Below, piece after piece: positions 1 through 9,769 of a DNA stretch of 64,000 nucleotides. Both the position numbers and the translations under genes were made by a program. The DNA comes from Blepharisma stoltei ATCC 30299. Taxonomy: Eukaryota > Protista > Ciliophora. Positions within the stretch are counted from its first letter, which is position 1, and every line of letters starts with the position of its first letter. The DNA lies in NCBI GenBank assembly GCA_965603825.1, contig CBFDEM010000027.1, positions 716,131 through 780,130 on the forward strand, given 5' to 3'. A model generated the notes under the pieces. The model saw nothing but the letters and a program-made list of their open reading frames with translations. It made no database searches and was not told the origin of the DNA.

Positions 1-2
1 TA

Positions 3-1121
3 AAGCCAGACAATGTTTGCATAGTCTCAGGCGTCATTGTGAGAAACCATAAAACAAGGCCGTCTATTATAGAAAAATATATAGCAAAAGTTGGGACTTT
101 GGAGCCTCGTCCCAGCTGCTTTGGGAGTTTTTGTTCTGAAAAAGACGAAATCTATTTAGAGGACGAAAGCGGAAGGGTTTTATTGGATTTTAGAAACTCA
201 GAAAGTGACTGAAATGACTTAATTACTGGAATTGTAGTAGCCGCTTATGGAATTTTGCGAGAAAACGCAGTTTTCGAGACCCTTTCTCTATATTACCCAC
301 AAGTAGACAGGCCACTTCCACTAGAAAAAGCAGGTGAGGAGTATATATGCTTTGTATCAGGCTTAGAAATTGGTAGTCCTTATTATGATATGATTCTTCT
401 GCATCTCCTAGCTCAATTTATACAAGGGAATTTAGGTACTCAGTCCTATGATGAGGCTAGTAAAATTGTAAGACTGGTCATTTTGGGTGATTCAATATAT
501 AAGCCAGACACAGCCAGGACTGTCGATAGAAAAGCTATAGGTGACCAAGTCATCAGAGGATTTACCGAAATTAACGAATCCTTGAAATTTCTTGACACTT
601 TTCTAGCTGAACTAGCAGGGACTATCCCAGTTGACATTATTCCTGGAGAAATGGACCCTTCAAACTGCTCTTTACCTCAGCAGCCTTTAAATCCTTATTT
701 ATTCCCTATAGCAAGCAGATATTCTGCCTTGCAGTCTTTTCCGAATCCTTATGAATTTACTATTGATAAATGCAGAATTTTGTGTACGGCTGGACAAAAT
801 ATTTCTATGTATTCGCATTATGCGCCGCCTGATAAGACTTTTGCTGAGCTTATGGCGCTAAATGTGAAGCATAGACATATAGCGGCAAATGCCCCAGATG
901 CACTGCAGTGTATCCCTATGCAGGATAAAGACCCGTTTATTTTGGATAATTTGCCACACTTGTATGTGGTTGGGAATTTAGGGAGTTATCAGACAGGAAT
1001 GGAAGATGGGGTTAAACTGGTTGCTGTCCCGAGGTTTTCGAGCCCTGGGCATAATATTGTGCTTGTGAATAGGTTTACGTTAGAGTCAAAAACCATATCA
1101 TTTGAGTCAATGATTGATTAA
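3..1121 (+). CDS. POLD2: DNA polymerase delta small (B) subunit, 5'-truncated by window edge
   Basis: Frame open from position 3 through TGA(W) at 210-212. Motifs LEDESGRV, LITGIVVA, PVDIIPGEMDPSNCSLPQQPL, NPYEF, RHIAANAPDAL, DPFIL..PHLYVVGN. Stop TAA. Confidence 0.93.
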
Positions 1122-1178
1122 TTAATTAAAATCTGATTTATTGCCTTTTATTAAGAAAATTGATAGGATTTCTGATAA

Positions 1179-4100
1179 TTAAAGCTTAATAATGCTATTA
1201 AAATTAGATTTTTGTCTCCGGACGCCGGGGTAGCGTTTCCTTTTAGACTTTTTGTCAATCATGCTCCAAGCTAGCTCTTCTTCTCATTCTTCTTCTTCAT
1301 CAGATACAGAATCATTATGATTTACTTCTGAGTGATATCTAATAGTACTTGGAATTGTGGGCTGATCTTCTAAAGATCTTATTCTTTTGAACTCTAGATC
1401 TGTGAAACTTTCAATACGCAGATTAGAGGCGAGTTCTCTTATTTTTGCTGGCAAATTCATGCATTCTTTAAGCAAATTTGACTCCAAAAGATCTTGAGAA
1501 ATGCTATTCCCAACATTATAAGGGATCACTTCTTTTCTAGATAAACTTCTATCAAGGCATGCTAAAAGCATAGATGCTGATTCAAATGGCTCTAGAGGCT
1601 TGATTTCTATTTTCGTATAAGGAGACTTTACACAGACTTGGCGACTTGTAATGACCAAACTTAATTTATATACTTTCAATAATTGCTCTATTAAGCTTGA
1701 AAACTGATGATTTGCTTCTTTAAGCACCTCGTCACAGTCGTCCAAAATCAGCAAAATATTTTTATTCTTAAGGCTTTTTTCATTTTTTTCATCTAAAGAT
1801 ACAACCCACCCTTCTCTTTCCAAGCACTCATAAAACTTCGCAAAACTGTTCTGGTCTTTCAAGCTAATCCAAAACGTCCCATCATTATATATATACCGTG
1901 AATTCACAAAGCTCATCAGCTGCTTTGCAAGTCTTGATTTCCCTACACCTTTTTGTCCGACTATATGGACGATTTTTTTATCAAAAAGCTCTTGGATAAT
2001 TTCAAACATAAGCTTATGGCGACCTATTAAATGATTTTTCTTTTTATTTATATTGGTAGGAGGGGTTGGATGAGTCATATCTAGAATTCTGCCTGGATTG
2101 AGCAAAGATTCGCTTGATAGGATGTTATGAATGGAATTTCTGAATAATGCGACATTGCCGTTGCCTATTAAAATCGGGCCTTTTCCAAGATAAAGTTTTG
2201 GGCGATTTTTTGAGATTCCGCTGAGGTGTTGGAATAAAATTTTGTTTTCACGAATAAAATTATCACTGATGTTTTTGCTTTTTTCTCAGGCTGAATATAA
2301 TGTGTTGCCTTCTATGATAGAAATATAAAAATTTTCGCAGAATAGCTCAATTGCCCTCTCAAACATCATTTGAAGCTGCACTATATGCTTATAAATAGGA
2401 AATTCCTCATAATCAAAGCATAGTATATGGCTTATTCCTAATTGAGTATTTAAATATAGACCAAGTTTTGCTGAAAACGGCATAGCCAATACTATCAAAT
2501 CAAGCCCAGGCCTTTCACAGCTTGGACCAAAAAGAAGATCCATCTCAGAAACCCTTATAGGATCTGCATAAAATCGATTTGTTTCAAGCACAATTGCATC
2601 CTTTTGAGGCATATTTGAAGAAAAATGCAAAACTCTGCATCCTTCTTTAATATATTTTTTAAAATTTTCGCGTGTCCCTATGTCGCTTTTAATGAAAAAA
2701 CTTTTATTTTTCCTTTGAAGATTTCTAAGCAAGCTTGATTTAAATTCCGCAAAATAGCTTGATATAATAAAATCCGCCCCATAATGTCCTGTAGCTATAT
2801 CCACAGTTACCAATGGATAAGCCCTCAGTAATACGATCACATTATTAGTCCTCCTTTTTATCCTGTCAAAAATTAAATTTAACTTTTCTTTTATTTCAAT
2901 TTCTTTATTTCTGTCCTTTAGCAATTTTGCGATATCTAGGACTTTCATTCAGACTTCTTCTGCATTTACAAACATTTCATTGCAAAAATACATTTCCCCT
3001 AAAATATAATAATTTATTTCCTCAAGAGCTTTTAAATTAAGCTCGCTGAAAATTTTCCCTGAAAAAGTGAGAAAATCGATCATTTCTTCATGAAAAACAT
3101 TAAAAGAATGCGCCCATCTGCAGTAGGCTAAATTAATTCTAGCTAAAACTAGTTTATTGGGCCAGTCATTTTCTGGTTCACAGTTATTTCTAGCTATTTT
3201 AAACAGCTCTTCTATATCCCCAAATCTTAGACTTCCTTTAGATTGTATCGTAGCCATAGCTTTTAATAAATAGCACTCAGATAAAGAGTCTTTAATATTC
3301 TGTCCTTCAAAATAATGCCTTGCTTTATCGATTTCTTTATTAACCCTTTCTATCCTGATTTCTTTTTCATAGGCTAATTTCATTGAACTCCAGGTCAGTC
3401 TGAATTTGAAATTCAAAGAATCGTCAATGGCAAAAGCTTTTAAGCACTTTTTGGCACTGTTCAGAACTGCAAAACCTTCTTTTTTTTTTCTTAATAAAAA
3501 CAAGGTGCAGATTGTGCATTGGCTGATTTCGAAGATCAAGTTTCCTAGTTTAGGGTGTTTGTAGCTATGAAAAATTGTTTTAATATTATTTTCATTAATA
3601 AATTCCATAAAATTAGCCTTCATGTTTTCAAATAAAACCTGTGGCAGTAGCTTAGAATTAGTGACGCTTGCAAAAATGTCTTCATCATGGTCTGGGTTTG
3701 AATAAAGTTTTCAGGTAGAAACAGGTGATAAAGCATTCGAATTTATCACCGATTTCATTGTAGCTGAACATGCTATATTTGGGACTTGACTAATAGCTTC
3801 CATTAGAGCTCTAGAAAGGCTTGCCAAATATTCCATACAGATTATAAACATATTTTGTATAGAAGATGGCTGATTCAGCAGTTCGTGCCTTAAATAGTTT
3901 TGGACTTTGTCTGAAACTATCACTATTTCATTTAAAGAGCCGATAAAGGAGTTTTTTCGAGAATTTGAAATTTTTGTGGAGTGGCCTGCTGAGAGGAGAT
4001 TTTCGTTGGAGCTTGAAAATATTTTTTGGCGCTTCATAGGGCTGTCATATCCTTTATAGCTATCATAGTAAATATTACTATCACTTAGCCTTATTTTTCC

Positions 4101-6296
4101 AAGCCATTCTTCGCCTTCTTCATACTCTAACAGCTGTAATGCATCATGCCAATGTTTAGTTACCTTAAAGCAGATTAGCCCAAGGTGTTCTCGGAAGACT
4201 CCTGAAGGAAAAATAGATAGCAAATTGATAATTTCAAAAGATTCAGGCTTCCGATTCCTTAAATACGTCAATGATAAATATACAGCCCTACTATCTTCAT
4301 TTTTCCCTAATATTGTATGGCTGTTTGTGTATTCTTCTATAAATTCATCAACTGTTTTATCTTGCAATAAAGGCAAACTTTGGAGAAGCTCTGATGGAGA
4401 CTTTTTAACTACGTTTAACAGCTTGTCCAAATCCTTAGCAATTTTATGACAAATTTCAGGATTTGTATGCAAAACTTTTAAAGCATTTGATTTCGACATT
4501 TCTTTGACCTCAATTTTCGCCTTGTGGTCTGGATCAATAGGCTTTTCACTGACGACCCAAAATTTTAGAAATTGTGTCCTTTCTATCAGTGACCGAATTT
4601 TGTTTTTCACTTTATCATTGTAATGAGCTAGACTTTCTCCTATATTATCAAGAATAATTAATACGTGCAACGAATCAATAATTCTGGCGAGCTCTTCTTT
4701 GCTTTTTTCTCAAGAAATATTCAAGCTCTGTGCGATTGTTGTATTTATAGCGCTAGAGTTACATTTTCCTTGGAGGTCAATATAGATGACACCATGCTTA
4801 AAAAGTCGCCGCTCACAGGCATAAATTGAAGCGCTTTTTACAAGCAAAGATTTTCCCATACCAGATTTCCCATACACAAACACAATTCGGCTGTTTTTTG
4901 TTAAGTCTAGCAGCTTCCTAATATCATCACCTCTTCCTATAATTTTCTGTTTTACCAACGGTGGCTTAAATTTCAGCTCAAATCCACAGAGTTCTTTTAT
5001 TTCTGTTTCTTTTCTTCCTGAAAAAAGTACTAAATTCGCCGACTCTTCATCAGCTTTAAGCAGCTTAAATTTCATAGCCTCATGATGTGGTACCTCTTGT
5101 GAGCAGCAGCAAATGACCCATGACCCTTCCCTAACTTCTGCCTCAGTCGGAATCCTCGTATTATTGAATTTTATAGTAAATCTTTTTCCCCACTCACAGT
5201 CAATCTTATGCCGAGCGTCATAAAGTCTTCTTTCACACCCACAGCTTTCATCAGGACTGTGAGATCTATGATTATTACTTCCTTTTCATAAACAATTTCT
5301 TTTATGGTTATGGGCACAGCAGCAAGTATTGTGCATGCCAATTTTCACGCTGTTTTTGGCTTCTAAAAAAGAGTCATTTATAGTTCTGCCCATCAGAAGA
5401 TTTCGGTAGAAGCTTGAAGAAAATTCAATAGCGGCGTCGTCTAATATTTTGCATTGGTCATGGATTGTGATGACACATTTTATGCCAGCTTCTAAAAACA
5501 CGTTGCCGATTGCTTGGGAAAAGCAGGCACTTACGATTACAATACAAAAATACTGAGAAAAAGGCTCGAGTATTTTTTTCAGCCTGCTTCTGTCAACTTC
5601 GTCGACCATTCCTAAGCATTCACTGTCTTCAAAAGCCAAGACAAATTCATTTGACCTGTTTTTCTTATAATAACCATGACAACTTATATGGATAACTTTA
5701 GGTTTGCATTCTAAAATTTCGCTTAAATGCTGCAGAGTGGCAGTCTCAAACCGGATTGATGCGTAGATTTGGTTCCTTTCAAAAGCGTCAAGGATTTTTC
5801 GCCTTTCTGCGTTGAAGTCTAAGTTCCAGTTATCGCATTCTTTGACTTTGAAAGCTCCATCTTTCAAAATTAATGGTGCAGCATAAAGCATGCATATGTC
5901 AATAATCTCGGCATTTCTTTCAGCGACTGGCTCGATTATTTCTTCTACGTTTTTTTGGACAGTTAGGTTTCATATGTCGTCTTCTATATCAGCGACTCTA
6001 TAAAGCAAATGGCCGATTTCGCTTTTTTCTGAGTTTTTTATTTGTATCTCAATATCTTCATCGTTACTAATATCAATAATAGAATCCTTCTTGAGCTTTC
6101 TATATGCGCATATTTCTTGATCATAAATACTGAGTATTGTTTCTTTGTCTACATAAGCTTGATATTCAATTAATAGATCCAAAATATCAGTATAGCCTAT
6201 ACAGCTCTGTTGCAAAAATTTCTCTGGGACTGGAAAACCAAATGTTTCGGTTCCTGTGTTTATACTTCCAACGTCGTAGGAGTAAAGCACCCACAT
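1179..6296 (-). CDS. ~1705 aa CHAT protease / STAND (NB-ARC-like) NTPase / TPR-like / pseudo-CHAT / second STAND NTPase protein (NLR-like)
   Basis: Seven track ORFs (5970-6296, 5286-5891, 4710-5075, 3711-4670, 2949-3623, 2286-2948, 1284-2105) share one frame and are separated only by TGA; gaps were translated and are stop-free; TAA at 1179-1181. CHAT: VIHISCHG...VIVSACFS. Walker A GKSGMGKS and GQKGVGKS; Walker B LIILDN and LLILDD. Confidence 0.85.
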
Positions 6297-6341
6297 AACA
6301 TAAAATATTTGGCTATCAAAATTTCATATTTCTTACAAATC

Positions 6342-7475
6342 ATGGGAGGCTGCAACGAGCGTGAGACGGTTTTTGAAGAAGAATCAGTGCGAGATCTCAG
6401 AACGCAAATGGTAATTGAGTACTTAAAGCAACGGAAGCTGATGGTAAAAAATCTTAAAACGCGTAAAAGAGCTGAAGACACAGAAAGTGCTGATGAAAAC
6501 AGCACATATTCAGAAGACGAAAATAAATCAGCTGAAATAGCACCAATAGAAAAGCAGGAAACAAAAAGGCCAAAAATCGAGGAGCAAGATGAAGCAATCG
6601 AAGAAGAGCTAATTCAAAAAGTTGAATTTGCTCCAACGAAAATGAAGCAAGAAGCAGAAACTGAAGAAGTCTTCATAGGAGCTATTGAAATTTCACCTAT
6701 GAGGCCGAGCTTGGAAATCCAAAATATTCCCTATGTCGCTTCTTTTAGGCCAACAAAAAAGCCACCTGTTATAGAAAAAATAATCCAAGACGCCCCACCA
6801 AGGCCAAGCTTGGGAATCCAAAAAATCCCTTTAGTGCACTCAATAAAGCCGAAAAAGGCTGAAGAGCTTAAAATTGAAAATTTTTCAATCCAAACCTCAG
6901 TATCCAGACCGTCACTTGGCTTAGAAATTATGCCAATATCCGTTTTTGAGCCAATCAGGGCGACAATTCATTCTCCTATAAAAATTGAGGAAATTGCCAA
7001 AGAAATAAACCAGCTAGAAGAAAGAGATTTTTCGCCTTTGCCAAATGATAAAAAGCCTAAGTTTAAAAAACTTAAAGAAATCTGTGTAGATGACTTATTT
7101 GTTTTTCAAGAAGATATAAATGAGCCTTTACAACCTGACATAAAATTCCCTGAAGAAGAAGAGGATATGATAATGATAAAAACCCCTGCTATCAAAGTAG
7201 AAGCTCCAGCCAAACAAGAAGCAGGCGTAGAGTCCTCAGAAGAACAAGTCATTGATTTCCAATTTTCTCCAGAAATCCCGTCCAGAGACTCTGAAGAAAT
7301 CAGTATGAGAGATAGCTACTCCGGCGCCAATGTATTTGTGAAGTCTCGCAAGCGTATTCATATGTTCAGAGATAACCCGAAACCTTTAACCCCTGAGATG
7401 CACAAGCTGAATTTAGAATGCAGGCTTACAATTGATGAAGAAGCCAGGAAATCAATCGAAAAAATGAATAAGTAA
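6342..7475 (+). CDS. Hypothetical acidic/low-complexity protein with predicted N-acylation (MGGC) and three RPSL[EG][IL]xx[IM]P repeats
   Basis: First ATG at 6342; the ORF-track start at 6210 overlaps the opposite gene. E/K/P-rich; TAA stop. Confidence 0.7.
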   Translation: MGGCNERETVFEEESVRDLRTQMVIEYLKQRKLMVKNLKTRKRAEDTESADENSTYSEDENKSAEIAPIEKQETKRPKIEEQDEAIEEELIQKVEFAPTKMKQEAETEEVFIGAIEISPMRPSLEIQNIPYVASFRPTKKPPVIEKIIQDAPPRPSLGIQKIPLVHSIKPKKAEELKIENFSIQTSVSRPSLGLEIMPISVFEPIRATIHSPIKIEEIAKEINQLEERDFSPLPNDKKPKFKKLKEICVDDLFVFQEDINEPLQPDIKFPEEEEDMIMIKTPAIKVEAPAKQEAGVESSEEQVIDFQFSPEIPSRDSEEISMRDSYSGANVFVKSRKRIHMFRDNPKPLTPEMHKLNLECRLTIDEEARKSIEKMNK

Positions 7476-7538
7476 AATTAAAAGTTGAATAATTCTAAAA
7501 ATGCTTATTTGGGCATAAGTCCATAATTAACCATAAAT

Positions 7539-7787
7539 ATGCAGAACGAGGACAAAAAGATAGTTGATCTTTACATCCCAAGAAAATGCTCTGCAACCAA
7601 CAGACTTGTCGGACCTAGCGATTATTCAAGCGTTCAATTAAACATAGCTGATGTGAACGAAGATGGAGTCGCCCTCAAGACAAACCAAACGTTTTGCATC
7701 TCAGGAAGAGTCAGAAGACAAGGATTCGCTGATGGATGTCTTAACAGACTTTTCAAAGAGAAAGGACTTTTAACTTTCGCTAAGTAG
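7539..7787 (+). CDS. RPS21: 40S ribosomal protein S21 (eS21)
   Basis: MQNE...VDLYIPRKCSATNRL...DYSSVQLNIADV...ISGRVRRQG signature; 82 aa. Confidence 0.97.
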   Translation: MQNEDKKIVDLYIPRKCSATNRLVGPSDYSSVQLNIADVNEDGVALKTNQTFCISGRVRRQGFADGCLNRLFKEKGLLTFAK

Positions 7788-7992
7788 TTTAACATCTCCT
7801 TCATATAAACTGGCTTATACTAAAGCTCTTATAAGAATTGTTTGAATTTAAGCTGAGTTATGAAACTTTATTTCGTAAATATTGAATCATCGTGGTGCCT
7901 TAGTTTTCTTAGATTTAATATAAGCTAAAAAAGCTTATTTATGAATTAGTTTAGATGAATTAGGATTTTATTCTAATAAATAGGATAATAAA

Positions 7993-9489
7993 TTAATTTT
8001 GTGAAAGCTGAAATGCAAACTGTTTGAGGTTTACAGGCTCTCCTATGTAATGCAAAAATAAAATCGAGTTTGCATGTCGACAAGCTGCAATTTGCTGACT
8101 GTCAAGAACTTTGTCAAAATTTACATTAATTTCATGGTACTCCAAGTTAGGGTTTGCCAGCATTATTTCATACAAATTAGAATAGTGGCAAAAAAGTGGC
8201 CGGATCACGTTTAAATATCACTCTTTTGAGCCTTTTATAGGAGACACATTTAAACGCTTAGTTTTATAATCAGCCAAAACATAGTGAAATACCTCAATAT
8301 CGTGCTCAGGGAAATAAGTTGGTTGGAATTTTTTAGTCTCTTTTTCGTCTGTCACTGATTTAGGAGAGCCAATAGGAGAACTTGCGACAGACCTCGACTT
8401 CCTTATAACTTGCTGTTCAAATGTTCTTAAAAACTTTTCTTTATGTTCATTTACCTCTGGCTTGATGATTTTTTTTTGGTACTCTTCTTCAAGTTTTTCG
8501 AAAATTCCTTTGTCGTCCATTTCTTTACAAACCCTTAAACCTTTATCTACGAACCATGGGTCATAGTCTACCGTGCCATCAGTCAAAGCTTGAAGTACAA
8601 TACATAAAACCCCTGCTTTTACAGCGACTAATGCAATAACTTTTTCTTGTTTTCCATTTTTTATTTTATTCGTAAGGGTAAATTGCGGGAACGTGTTGGT
8701 TCTGATAAACAAAGTATTAGCGTAATACAGCTTCATGACCTCTTTTGTATCACTTTCTGATAGGTTTCCTATAATAGTGCACCCTCTATACATAAACATA
8801 ACTGAAGTAATAACAGCAGATGGGGAATCTAATGTCAAAATCTCATGCACAATAACAGTTTTATCTAAATATAATAAATTCAAACTATCTTGGATATCCA
8901 TCCTCACCTCAACAGAAACTGGCAGTACAAGAGAACTGCAGCCTAGTGCCAATGGTAAACACACCTGTGGATAAATAATCGGAGACGTCGAGAAATCTTC
9001 ATCTTCATATAGCATATATGGATAAACCTTATAAAACAAACAAATAAAGACCGGATCCAGGGCTTTTTTCAGCTTGTCATTCATATCAAGCTTAAGCGTC
9101 ATTAAGTCTCTTTGGCTCATGCGGCCACTTCTGCCACTCCTAGGCGTCCTTTCACTAATAAGCTCATCTGTTACACATGGAAAATTGTCAGGAAAAGGGT
9201 AAATATTTTTTATTCAAAATAAAGCTTCTTTATATACAGACGTAAGAATTGTATCTGAAATTGTAGGAATTATTATCGCAAGATAAAAGTTGGGGTATAA
9301 TAAATCTACTGCCACTTTACAGTTAGGGTATGACAGAATTTGGAAACTCACTATAGGGAATGGGACTGTAAAAGCAATTGAGGCGTTTAATGGGTAGAGA
9401 TAGACAGGCTGATCTGGAGAGCGGCTGCTGAGTATGACTGCTACATACTCAGTTGACCCACTTATGCAGCGACTCATAAAGTCTTCCAT
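7993..9489 (-). CDS. Tri-longin domain protein, Inturned/CCZ1/HPS4-like (~498 aa)
   Basis: ORFs 9214-9489, 8218-9120 and 7993-8208 are one frame joined by TGA(W). Segments SVMFMYRGCTIIGNLSESD, YDPWFVD and EVFHYVLAD resemble Inturned longin domains 2 and 3 (recalled similarity, not searched). Confidence 0.5.
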
Positions 9490-9769
9490 TTTATGATTTT
9501 TTAAATTAAGTAAATAACTCTTCTCTTCAATTTTTTTCTGTGCAGTGTTCTATGAGGGCTTGAAACAAAGCAGTAATAAGGAGAAGTCACTGAGAAAATG
9601 AAATAAGGAAAAATGATTTTTAGGAAAATTTGATAATAAAAATAATTAAAGTTGTTGAATTAACACATTCTCCAGTGCACCTCACAGCTCGTAAAATCAT
9701 AAACTTAAGCAAGTTTATCTAAATCTCTTCAGGGGCTTTGCGAGCCATTAATTCATATTTGTAAAGAGG

